The position numbers and the translations under genes were made by a program. Below the pieces are notes generated by a model that was not told the DNA's origin, made no database searches, and was given only the letters and a program-made list of their open reading frames with translations. This document shows positions 1 to 8,841 of a stretch of DNA of 64,000 nt, one piece after another (position 1 is the stretch's first letter; each line of letters starts with the position of its first letter). Location of the stretch: positions 124,001 through 188,000 of the IMG/VR virus record IMGVR_UViG_3300032315_001715; one strand, given 5' to 3'.

Positions 1-33
1 CAGCAACCAAGCTTACGATGTATTCCCGTTCAA

Positions 34-1728
34 TCATGCCGGAGTACCATCGTCTAGGTTTATCCATGCGCCATTTTGATAGCCCTGGAATCTATTTGCC
101 GTGGTGTTATAGACCATGTCACCGTTGCTTGCCGTGATTAGATTTCTAGCGGTCGTGGTAAATGACGCCAGCCTAAACGGTGAGGATGTTACATCTACTC
201 GATTTGCTGCTGTAAGCAACAGATTGGTTGCCGACACGATTTCCGGTGTGCCAGCCGATGTGGTTATAACATTACCACCAACATAGAGATTTCCTGCGAT
301 ACCAACACCGCCTGCCACTTGCAGCGCACCGCTAGAGATGCTTGTTGACACCGTTGTGTTGCTGATGATTACTATGTTTGCGCCGTTAAATGTCCCGCTG
401 CCAGCTGGTCCGGTTGGTCCAGTTGCACCGCCGCTACCCGCTCCGCCGGCTGGCCCAGTTGGTCCAGTTGCACCGCCGCTACCCGCTCCGCCGGCTGGCC
501 CAGTTGGTCCAGTTGCACCCAGGCTTCCCGGTATGTTGATCACCTGCGGATCAAGCGTGATGTTGGTTGATCCAAGATCGATTACATTGAGAACCGTGTC
601 AAAAACGTCGCCAATGCTGGAACACAGTGATGTGCCTAAATCCCACAATATCGGGCTGTCAGACAGCGAAACACCGCAGTTCTTAAACGAGTTACCTATC
701 GATGTAATGCCCGGATTCGGGCTATACACCTGTATTCCTCCGGAATCAATCGTGTCAAACACCGACTGAGATACAGTTGTGTAAGAAGGACCGTCATACC
801 CCGTGGCAAGATAATCCGATCCCACGCAGATACCGGAATATAATTCGTAAAACCAACACCTCGACATCCTGGTGTGTTCTACCGGATCGTCTGCATAGAT
901 ACCATATGTGAAGTTGCCAAAGTCACAATCCACAAACTGTGAATCATAGGTAGGTGTTGCGTCGCCAATGCTTTGCAACCTCACCGCTGCATGCGCATCA
1001 GTTGTGAGATCGCCCGAAGAATACCCGCCGACAAATCGAATCGACTCAAGTCGAACTCCCTGGTATCTAACTAGATTACACGCATCGATCTTTAAACCGT
1101 CCGTGCTGAGTGTCATGTTTCCTAACAGGATCCGTGTTGGAAGCTGTGCGCTACCGAGGCCTATGTTAGCAGCGGTTTGACCGAGGCTGTCGGCGGTGAT
1201 AAACATTGATGATCCAGAAAAACCAGCATCTGCTACGATGATGGTTTTATCAATGCCGTCTCCTATCAACGTTACATATGGGTACAGTAATATTGGTTGT
1301 GAAATACGATAAATACCAGCCGGCATCCTAAGTAGAACGCGCAATCCGGCATTTGTTGGGGTTGTTGTGCCAGATCGTCCAAGCATCTCAGCAATAGCAG
1401 CATTGATAGCAATCGAATCGTCAGATTCTCCGTCGCCAGTAGCACCGAAATCTTTAACACTTGCTGCATCGTTGAGCTTTTGCCCAATCGACCGTATGGC
1501 GCTTGAATCCAAGGTCGTGTCAAAGGTACGGAACTTGGTTATGATTAGATCAGTGTTTGGACCGTGTTCTGTTAAAACCGCGGTATTTTGACCAAAGCCG
1601 GGTGCATTGCCAATGAAAAGTTCTCTGGTATCCAAGCACCAGCCGAACTCACCCTCGGCTAATGCCGGGGGCAAATCAGCCCTGAGACCTCGTCTCTGTT
1701 GCATTCTAGAGATTGATGTGATGGCCAT
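34..1728 (-). CDS. Tail fibre/spike-like protein: Mtd/hyaluronidase-type N-terminus, pectate-lyase-like beta-helix, collagen-like linker
   Basis: N-terminal RRGLRADLP..LAEGEFGWCLDTRELFIG; SVKDFGATGDGESDDSIAINAAI typical of pectate_lyase_3 beta-helices; GATGPTGPAG collagen-like repeats; TAAATA upstream. Confidence 0.7.
   Translation of the reverse strand: MAITSISRMQQRRGLRADLPPALAEGEFGWCLDTRELFIGNAPGFGQNTAVLTEHGPNTDLIITKFRTFDTTLDSSAIRSIGQKLNDAASVKDFGATGDGESDDSIAINAAIAEMLGRSGTTTPTNAGLRVLLRMPAGIYRISQPILLYPYVTLIGDGIDKTIIVADAGFSGSSMFITADSLGQTAANIGLGSAQLPTRILLGNMTLSTDGLKIDACNLVRYQGVRLESIRFVGGYSSGDLTTDAHAAVRLQSIGDATPTYDSQFVDCDFGNFTYGIYADDPVEHTRMSRCWFYELYSGICVGSDYLATGYDGPSYTTVSQSVFDTIDSGGIQVYSPNPGITSIGNSFKNCGVSLSDSPILWDLGTSLCSSIGDVFDTVLNVIDLGSTNITLDPQVINIPGSLGATGPTGPAGGAGSGGATGPTGPAGGAGSGGATGPTGPAGSGTFNGANIVIISNTTVSTSISSGALQVAGGVGIAGNLYVGGNVITTSAGTPEIVSATNLLLTAANRVDVTSSPFRLASFTTTARNLITASNGDMVYNTTANRFQGYQNGAWINLDDGTPA
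413..519. repeat. 45-nt perfect tandem repeat (~2.4 copies) encoding GATGPTGPAGGAGSG
   Basis: agttgcacc recurs at 421, 466 and 511; identity at period 45 from 413 to 519. Confidence 0.9.
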
Positions 1729-1755
1729 TTGTTTACTTCCTGGACGCGTATGGTA

Positions 1756-1761
1756 TATTTA
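1756..1761 (-). promoter_or_regulatory. T4-type late promoter motif TAAATA
   Basis: TAAATA 27 nt upstream of the 1728 start; the same motif precedes most structural genes. Confidence 0.6.
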
Positions 1762-1780
1762 GTTGAAAATCGTTTGTCGG

Positions 1781-1808
1781 TTGATCCTGTTCGAAAAGGT
1801 GCTATAAT
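1781..1808 (+). promoter_or_regulatory. sigma70-like promoter (TTGATC-16-TATAAT with extended -10 TG)
   Basis: ttgatc at 1781, TGcTATAAT at 1800-1808, then SD AAGGAG before the 1829 ATG. Confidence 0.6.
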
Positions 1809-1828
1809 TTGCGCAAGGAGATAGCGAC

Positions 1829-2968
1829 ATGGTTGCCAATATCATCACGACAGCGTTGCTTGAGCTGCAAACGCTGTTCAACGCAAAGGGATTTGACATC
1901 CGCTTGGTTGGCGGCTGCGTTCGTGATCTCATAGCCGGCGTTGCTCCCAAGGACGTGGACCTTTGCACGGATGCAGATCCGGCAGAGCAGGTGCAGATCT
2001 ACCAGGATGCTGGCATCCGCTACATCGAGACCGGTATCGAACACGGTACGGTAACCGTGGTGTTGGATGGTATCCAATACGAGATCACCAGCCTGCGCTT
2101 GGATGTTGAGACCGACGGCCGGCGAGCCACGGTGGCATACACGCGCGATTGGATCAAGGATCTCGAGCGACGGGATTTCACCATCAATGCCATGAGCCTC
2201 ACCTTTGACGGCGAGCTAATTGACCCATTCAATGGGCTCAAGGACCTTCGCGAAGGCTTGGTTGCATTCGTGGGCGATGCCGAAACACGAATCCGCGAGG
2301 ACTACCTGCGCATCCTGCGTTGGTTCCGTTTCCGTGGTCGCTTTGGCATGAGCATGAGCTACTCCGCCCGGCGTGCCATCGAAAAGCTGGCACCGGGGTT
2401 GCAGGGCATCAGCCGCGAGCGTGTGTGGAGCGAGGTCAGCAAGATCATCGCCGGCAAGGATGGTCCTTACATCATGCTGGAGATGCATCAGATGGGCGTG
2501 GCCCGGTATATCGATCTTCCGGACGAGGTGGATTGGATTCATTTTGCCGAGGAGGTATCCGAGATCACTCGAAATCCGGTTACGCTCATGGTCGCGTTCT
2601 ACGACGAGGAAGCCGAGCAAATCCTTCGCAAGTGGAAGGCCAGCGGCGCGGAAATCCGCCTGGCCGAAAAGCTGAGATGGAGCACCGGCAGCCGCAAGGA
2701 CGTCAGCCCGTTTTATGCCATGGCGGTTCTCGGTTGGACCCGAGAGGATGCCCTCGAGCTTGCTGCCATCATTCAGATGGATGCGTTTGAGCGTGCGGTG
2801 CTAGCAGAATGGCCGGTGCCGGTGTTCCCGGTCAGCGGCAACGATCTCCTTGCCGCAGGCCTTGCACCCGGTCCGGAGTTCAGCCGGCGCATCGGCATCA
2901 TGAAGAATCGATGGGCCGATACCGGCTATACGGCCAGCAAGCAAGACCTGATGATCTTGTTTGATTAA
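1829..2968 (+). CDS. cca: Class II tRNA nucleotidyltransferase (CCA-adding enzyme)
   Basis: Motif A GGCVRD..DVD, loop LRLDVETDGRRA, motif B RRDFTINA, motif D EDYLR, motif E SRERVWSE. Confidence 0.9.
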   Translation: MVANIITTALLELQTLFNAKGFDIRLVGGCVRDLIAGVAPKDVDLCTDADPAEQVQIYQDAGIRYIETGIEHGTVTVVLDGIQYEITSLRLDVETDGRRATVAYTRDWIKDLERRDFTINAMSLTFDGELIDPFNGLKDLREGLVAFVGDAETRIREDYLRILRWFRFRGRFGMSMSYSARRAIEKLAPGLQGISRERVWSEVSKIIAGKDGPYIMLEMHQMGVARYIDLPDEVDWIHFAEEVSEITRNPVTLMVAFYDEEAEQILRKWKASGAEIRLAEKLRWSTGSRKDVSPFYAMAVLGWTREDALELAAIIQMDAFERAVLAEWPVPVFPVSGNDLLAAGLAPGPEFSRRIGIMKNRWADTGYTASKQDLMILFD

Positions 2969-2974
2969 CCCATT

Positions 2975-3005
2975 GCAAGTGCGGGAGATTTTCTCCCGTA
3001 CTTGC
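2975..3005 (+). terminator. 14-bp hairpin after cca (probable terminator)
   Basis: gcaagtgcgggaga-ttt-tctcccgtacttgc (one G-U pair); weak U tract. Confidence 0.6.
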
Positions 3006-3042
3006 GGTGTTTGTCCTCTGGTAAATACCCACGGAGGATCAG

Positions 3043-3564
3043 TTGATGCGCATATCTGAGATACTAGAAACCGCCGGAGTTGGATTGGTTGTACCCGGTG
3101 TTAACATGCCGAAGGGCATGCACCCAGATGAGATCCGGAGACAGGCGGCTAAGTTTGGCAACCAAGTTAGCAAGGACGGAGTCCCTCCTATTGCCAGTAC
3201 CAATGGCGACGATGCCTTAGAGGAAATCACCGACGACGATGTGATCGAGGGCTGGAGCAAGAAATACAAAAACAGCATCAATTGCAGCAATCCAAAAGGT
3301 TTTAGCCAGCGTGCCCATTGTGCTGCACGTCGCAAGAGACAACGAGGTGAAGCAACCAGCAGCCGTAGCGTAAATGAAACCGCGGTTGATGAATCTAACA
3401 CGCTGGTTGAAAAAAAGAAAAAGCCCAAGCCTACCAATCCGGCACTGTGGAGCAGAGCTAAATCGGCCGCCCGAAGCAAGTTTGAGGTGTACCCGTCTGC
3501 CTATGCCAACGCATGGGCGTCTAAATGGTATAAGAATCACGGCGGTGGATGGAGAATGGGATGA
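3043..3564 (+). CDS. Basic modular protein, probable internal head protein
   Basis: N-terminal MRISEILE; modules SINCSNPKGFSQRAHC and YPSAYANAWASKWYK; TAAATA at 3022-3027. Confidence 0.6.
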   Translation: MMRISEILETAGVGLVVPGVNMPKGMHPDEIRRQAAKFGNQVSKDGVPPIASTNGDDALEEITDDDVIEGWSKKYKNSINCSNPKGFSQRAHCAARRKRQRGEATSSRSVNETAVDESNTLVEKKKKPKPTNPALWSRAKSAARSKFEVYPSAYANAWASKWYKNHGGGWRMG

Positions 3565-3857
3565 GGATTTCAGATATAGATCCGTTGTTCGAAGCATACC
3601 AAGGTGGATTGCGCAAGTGGTTTAAACAAAAATGGGTGAACATCGGCAAGAAGAAGGGCGGTAAACATCCTGAGTGCGGTACCAGTGGTGAGGACAAAGC
3701 TTATGCCAAATGCGTACCGGCCGCCAAAGCCGCATCGATGAGCAGCAAGGACAAAGCGTCAGCAGTTAGGCGAAAACGGGCCGCACAGTCTGCGGCTGGT
3801 AGGTCAGGCAAAGACAAGCCGGGAAGCGGTAAGAAACCAATAAGAGTTAGAACCTAA
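3561..3857 (+). CDS. Small Lys/Arg-rich protein, probable internal head protein (start moved to MRISDI)
   Basis: ATGA overlap with the previous stop; GGLRKWFKQKWVNI...CVP motif. Confidence 0.6.
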   Translation: MRISDIDPLFEAYQGGLRKWFKQKWVNIGKKKGGKHPECGTSGEDKAYAKCVPAAKAASMSSKDKASAVRRKRAAQSAAGRSGKDKPGSGKKPIRVRT

Positions 3858-4036
3858 TGAAGATACGAGATTTAATCGCCGAATCTGCATATGACGGATC
3901 AAACATCAGTGTCACTGGAACCGAAAAATCCATGTTACAACGTAAGTTAAACATACGCCCTGGTACTCCAGAATGGTTTAAGCTTTGGTTTTCTAGACCA
4001 TATCTAACCAATGAAAAACCGGTCGATGATAACTAA
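3857..4036 (+). CDS. 59-aa protein missed by the ORF track (MKIRDLIAE...RPGTPEWFKLWFSRPYL)
   Basis: TAATG overlap with the upstream gene; translated by hand to TAA at 4034-4036; CTS-like N-terminus. Confidence 0.7.
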   Translation: MKIRDLIAESAYDGSNISVTGTEKSMLQRKLNIRPGTPEWFKLWFSRPYLTNEKPVDDN

Positions 4037-4144
4037 ATCTTGGACTAATTTTTCAGCGATAACACCATTATCTTGCTAAATCATACCGCAATATAAACCC
4101 TCGTAAATTGACCCAATTAGCCACGTCCGATAATACTCATTTAC

Positions 4145-4735
4145 ATGCTTGAAGATCACAAAATCTGCTATTTTACAATAGAGTTGCCAAAGAACCCGAT
4201 ACGCCAGGGAACAACGTGGCCCGTTGCTGCGATCGGGAACAGCCTCGTGTCGAGGCATGGACAAGAGATTCTCTCGGATGAGATCAATGAAATATTTTCC
4301 AAATGCGGATTGATCCCGGATTCGGTATTGCTATGGACATGGAACAACCGTACCGACGGTTCTGATCATTATGCTATACACTCCGACGGACATTATACCA
4401 TGCACAATCAACGACATTGTGCGATGAACTGGCTTATCAGCGGAGCTAGCATGGTTGAATGGTGGAGCTTTAACGGAGCCACGCCAGTGTTGACCAATAA
4501 GGTCAACGAATCATTTTCATTAACGGAATGGCACTATAACAGCAGCGAGCCAACCAAGATCACCGAATGGAACGGTGAATCACCTGCGGTATTGAACATC
4601 AAACAACCGCACAGTGTTAGGGTGTTACCAAGCGCAACTGGTCCTAGAACCAGTGTAACCATTCGATTCAAGAAAAATCCACCAATTAGCGAAATGCTGC
4701 TGAGGCTTAATCAACGGATCATCAGGCTATCATGA
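4145..4735 (+). CDS. Putative 2OG-Fe(II)/cupin-fold oxygenase
   Basis: HSD (HxD) ... PHSV ... RTSVTIRF pattern. Confidence 0.5.
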   Translation: MLEDHKICYFTIELPKNPIRQGTTWPVAAIGNSLVSRHGQEILSDEINEIFSKCGLIPDSVLLWTWNNRTDGSDHYAIHSDGHYTMHNQRHCAMNWLISGASMVEWWSFNGATPVLTNKVNESFSLTEWHYNSSEPTKITEWNGESPAVLNIKQPHSVRVLPSATGPRTSVTIRFKKNPPISEMLLRLNQRIIRLS

Positions 4736-4743
4736 TCCGTTGA

Positions 4744-5430
4744 TCAGCCAACCTCATGATATTGTGCAACTCGTTGCCACCAAATATCGACATAAGTCTT
4801 AAACTCGTCACCTTGTAGAATCCAGCGTTGGGGTTCTAGGTCCTTTGAACACATGAGTATCACCCCCTGCTGTATGTCAGTTCCGTGGACCGCATTGTGT
4901 GCTGATGCATATGCAGCAAGCTGCACCTTGTAATCCTGGACCCTGTCATCGGTCTTGGGACGATTGGTTTGTTTGAAATCGATGATGCTGGGAATGCCTT
5001 GGTAGAGACCAACCATGTCAGTGGTACCAGCATATAATTCCGGGTAATATAACGGCGTTTCTAACCCCCATACCTCATCTAGGCATGGTTTGAGATATGT
5101 TTCCAATATCACTGCGGCCATTTTAAAACTATGACGATGATAAAAATTAGTACCCGGTATTGGATTTTCTCCGCGGAGATGTCGTTCTAAGAAACTATGC
5201 ATCAGGGTACCGCGAAAGGCCGCTTCCTGGGTGATCTCAGCGGCCTTTTTTTCGCCAATGCTTCGGCGCCAAGAAGCCAGTGCCTTTTTTGATTCCTCAG
5301 ATTTGGTTTTATCTAATATGGTAGTGACGCTCGGAAGTTTGTTACCGAAAGGATCTACATATTTTCGTCCGTCTGGACCGCCGTCTTCGCGTTTTAGTTT
5401 CGAATATGTGTGTCGTTCAACCAGTTTCAT
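4744..5430 (-). CDS. PD-(D/E)xK exonuclease (Cas4/MGME1-like)
   Basis: LPSVTTIL, RGTLMH, YAGTTD, IIDFKQ, QLAAYA motifs. Confidence 0.8.
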   Translation of the reverse strand: MKLVERHTYSKLKREDGGPDGRKYVDPFGNKLPSVTTILDKTKSEESKKALASWRRSIGEKKAAEITQEAAFRGTLMHSFLERHLRGENPIPGTNFYHRHSFKMAAVILETYLKPCLDEVWGLETPLYYPELYAGTTDMVGLYQGIPSIIDFKQTNRPKTDDRVQDYKVQLAAYASAHNAVHGTDIQQGVILMCSKDLEPQRWILQGDEFKTYVDIWWQRVAQYHEVG

Positions 5431-5451
5431 TTGTTGATTATACGATCCATT

Positions 5452-5973
5452 TCAGTCGAGCTGTAATATAAAACTCGCATTAAGACCATTTCTTCGTTGG
5501 CGTTCAAGCTCCTTAAACTCTCCCAAAGTTTTTACTCCGATATGTTGGCTCATCGACATCAGAGTTTGTGTTGTGTCGTTGTTAGATGTGATCGGAGAGT
5601 TAGTTAGATAGATGACCCCGCTAGCAAGCTGTGCCCAGTACCATCCTTCCTTGATTTCCAACAACGTTGACCCCGTTTTTAACCAGCCATCACCGATGCT
5701 AACGATCTTGAATACTTGGCATGATTGTTCGTCGCCGTTTGGTTGATCAACATGATCCCGTTGCATGAGATCGGCGACCTTTTCAGCTAGGGTGGCTTTC
5801 TTCTGTTCCTCTCCAAAAAGATTAATCAACAGCAAACCTCTTATCACGTCCGGTTTTTCATGTAATGCCCGGATATCGTCTTCGCTCATTGATCTAGATC
5901 TACGAATCAATTCCTGTATTCTTGGTTTCTTGCTGGCCAATAATAATTGATCAGGACCATACATGGATCTCAT
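5452..5973 (-). CDS. Hypothetical protein
   Basis: 173-aa ORF co-oriented and tightly packed. Confidence 0.55.
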   Translation of the reverse strand: MRSMYGPDQLLLASKKPRIQELIRRSRSMSEDDIRALHEKPDVIRGLLLINLFGEEQKKATLAEKVADLMQRDHVDQPNGDEQSCQVFKIVSIGDGWLKTGSTLLEIKEGWYWAQLASGVIYLTNSPITSNNDTTQTLMSMSQHIGVKTLGEFKELERQRRNGLNASFILQLD

Positions 5974-5977
5974 CGGA

Positions 5978-8470
5978 TTACCAAAGAATCTTCCACATTA
6001 TCGTTGCATTTGTCGACGGATTCGTTAAACGATTGATCTGATAACCTAGATTGGTAAAATACGTGATGATGGTATCCATCCTATCAATGTATGGTCTTGA
6101 CAGCTGATTGTTGCTGAGTTCCTGATTCTTCCACGCTTTAAAATAATCACGGCTATCTGGATATAGCCTAATACCAAATGTACCAACTCCGGCCCCAATT
6201 GATGCTGTTGCGGTTGATTGGATTCCGCCGGTGATTTGCGGCGGTGCAAGCGTTATGTTAGGTGTTGTTTCATATCCGTCACCGCCCGAAGTAACCGCAA
6301 TATTTGCAATGCTGTAGCCTCGCTGCGGTATCGTAACCGGAGGTACCGGAGTTCCGATTTGATACGGTCCTGGTATGAGATATACCGTTGGATCGGCTGT
6401 ATAGTTAACACCTTGATCAATTACCACGATACGATCTATGGTCGTTGCAGCCAGAACGGATACAGCAAGCGCGTCTCCGTCGATGGTCACCGCTGGAGGT
6501 ACATTGTAACCAGAACCGTTGGTCAACACTGAGATCGATTGTAATGTGGTCGATGCTAGCTCGCCGACAGCATCGGCGTCGATGCCGTCGCCAGCAATAG
6601 TGATGATCGGCAGATTGGTATAACCTGATCCAGGTGTTATCACGTCGATCGAAGTGATCTGGTCACCGACGATGTTTGCGGTTGCGGTGGCGTTTACCGA
6701 TGCACCGCCACCGGTTATGGTAACCGTGGCATAACTATAACCGGAACCCGTACTAATCATGTTTATCGAGAACAGTGAGGTCGGCGATAGAATTGCGGAC
6801 GCGGTTGCACCAGATCCGTTGGAAACGGTAACGTTTGGTATCGAGGTATAAAGGGTTCCCGGCACCAACACATCAAACGTCGATACATTACCGGATGATA
6901 GTACCGCACTAACCACCGCGGCTGTACCCCCCGTTAACGGCGGCTCAACTGCCACCACCGGCGGAACCGAATAACCCGACCCAGCCGTTAACACTCCGAC
7001 ATCGTTAACTCCCATAACAAGATTAAATGCAGCCAGTGTTCCGCTACCCCCGTTTACCGGATTTGATTCCAATCCCGGAAGGGCGGTATATGAACCGCCG
7101 GATTCCAGGGAATAGCTTTGTATTCTCCCTTGTGTATCAACCGCAGTAACACGTATGTAGGAATTTTCAGTTGCAACTCCGCCAGCTATCAACAGGTAGT
7201 CATCCTTGCTATAGTTGATACCGGATGATGTCATTTGTACAGAAACGACCTTCATTGATACCGTTCCCGCAGCGGCCCCTGATCCAACCGCTGTTATCGT
7301 CACCGATGGTACCGACACATAGTAATCATTCTCAACGATTTCTATAGAGTTGACGCTCGACGGGGTCATGCTAGCAATGGCAGTTGCACCATTACCGCTA
7401 TCAAAGGTCACCGAGGTTACTCCTACGTAACCATATCCGGTGTTGGTGATCAACACGGAGGTTACTGCTCCGCCGGTAACCATTGCTACCGCTTCGGCAC
7501 CGACACCGGATGGGTCCTGTATGACCACCCGCGGGGGTGCGGTGTAGCCGAGGCCCGCTGATGATATGGAAATTTCCTTGATACCCATTGTAAGATTAAC
7601 CGTAGCACCGGTGCCACCGCCGGGTAACACGGTTGTGGTTGCCCCGACTAGACCCGGTATGACCGTATAGTTACCAGGATTTGACAACACCAATGATTGT
7701 ATTTCACCGTTGGCATTAACACCTGATACCAGGGCCGTTGCAGCAACGCCAGTACCGCCTACTACCGTTATTATGTCGCCGAGATGATAGTCCATACCAG
7801 AGTTGTTAATGCTTATCCCAACCGCCGTGTATCTTACGGTATCGATGGTTGCACCAGATCCCTGGGCCACGATTTGTACCGTCGGTTGATCAGAATAACC
7901 TGCACCACCGGTGGTGTTTGCAATTGCAACAACGCTGCCCCATGATGCTAGGTATGCTCTCGCTGTTGCCGATACCGTTGGATTTCCACCGGATATGGTT
8001 ACCAACGGCGGTTGTATGTATCCGCTACCTTGTTCAGTAATGGTTATCGCTGTCAGACCCGACGTTACGTCAATCGGAACCGGACGGCCGGATAATGCAT
8101 CCGCATAGCTTGCGGCTAGCTTTATGTGATCAGGATCAACATATATCGCATAGTAATACGCATTGCTTTTTAGAGGTGCAGGAAGGGCTACCGTGCTCGA
8201 TAGGGTTATCGTATCTCCAGTTGAAAAATTATGATTCGGTATGTAAAGCTGATCAGTTAAAGGATCTATGGTCCATACCTGGTTGAACAACGCCGCACTG
8301 TTGGTCATCGGGGTATTGTTTGAAACCGTAGCTTCAAACAACCCCAGCTTAACGGCATCAAGTATTACTGATTCGATACCCCGTGCTTCGTCGTGTACGG
8401 CTCGATCTCGAAGAGGACTGTTCCTGGCTTCGTCGGCAGTGAGAAATACGCATGATCTAGACGTTGCCAT
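5978..8470 (-). CDS. Virion protein with many (I/V)TxxGSGYxxxPxVT repeats
   Basis: Many GSGY/GAGY/GLGY units between non-repetitive N- and C-termini. Confidence 0.65.
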   Translation of the reverse strand: MATSRSCVFLTADEARNSPLRDRAVHDEARGIESVILDAVKLGLFEATVSNNTPMTNSAALFNQVWTIDPLTDQLYIPNHNFSTGDTITLSSTVALPAPLKSNAYYYAIYVDPDHIKLAASYADALSGRPVPIDVTSGLTAITITEQGSGYIQPPLVTISGGNPTVSATARAYLASWGSVVAIANTTGGAGYSDQPTVQIVAQGSGATIDTVRYTAVGISINNSGMDYHLGDIITVVGGTGVAATALVSGVNANGEIQSLVLSNPGNYTVIPGLVGATTTVLPGGGTGATVNLTMGIKEISISSAGLGYTAPPRVVIQDPSGVGAEAVAMVTGGAVTSVLITNTGYGYVGVTSVTFDSGNGATAIASMTPSSVNSIEIVENDYYVSVPSVTITAVGSGAAAGTVSMKVVSVQMTSSGINYSKDDYLLIAGGVATENSYIRVTAVDTQGRIQSYSLESGGSYTALPGLESNPVNGGSGTLAAFNLVMGVNDVGVLTAGSGYSVPPVVAVEPPLTGGTAAVVSAVLSSGNVSTFDVLVPGTLYTSIPNVTVSNGSGATASAILSPTSLFSINMISTGSGYSYATVTITGGGASVNATATANIVGDQITSIDVITPGSGYTNLPIITIAGDGIDADAVGELASTTLQSISVLTNGSGYNVPPAVTIDGDALAVSVLAATTIDRIVVIDQGVNYTADPTVYLIPGPYQIGTPVPPVTIPQRGYSIANIAVTSGGDGYETTPNITLAPPQITGGIQSTATASIGAGVGTFGIRLYPDSRDYFKAWKNQELSNNQLSRPYIDRMDTIITYFTNLGYQINRLTNPSTNATIMWKILW

Positions 8471-8835
8471 TATATCTTGTCCCCTGCCTTAATAGCATTG
8501 GTAGCTACCTTTGCGGCTGTTTTTTCAACTTTTTCCTGATTTTTGGTCTTTTCATCCTTTGCAACCACTTCCGGTTCCTCTTTCTTAAGGATGATTTTCT
8601 CATTCGGAGGAATACCGTCGATCCGTTTGAAAACCTCGGAAAATCTTTCCGTTTGTAGGAGATCCTTGATCAGATTTGAATTGATCTGAAAATGCTGGCT
8701 GCGCAACATGGAAATAACGGTTGCCATGTCGAGCTCAGTTTTCTTATCCTGTAATGCTGTGATGATGAGATCCATTAGATCGATCGAAATCTCATCAGAC
8801 ACATCATCCTCAAATATGATCTCCTTGATCAACAC
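8470..8835 (-). CDS. Hypothetical, probable head-associated protein
   Basis: MLIKEIIFE N-terminus; operon position. Confidence 0.55.
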   Translation of the reverse strand: MLIKEIIFEDDVSDEISIDLMDLIITALQDKKTELDMATVISMLRSQHFQINSNLIKDLLQTERFSEVFKRIDGIPPNEKIILKKEEPEVVAKDEKTKNQEKVEKTAAKVATNAIKAGDKI

Positions 8836-8841
8836 GACCAG

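Noticed and set aside
413-519. Tandem repeat considered as CRISPR or VNTR regulatory element
   Set aside because: It has no spacers, and the 45-nt period is in frame and encodes a collagen-like linker.
2020-2790. Several alternative-frame ORFs inside cca
   Set aside because: GC-rich coding DNA gives long spurious frames, and only the cca frame has recognisable motifs.
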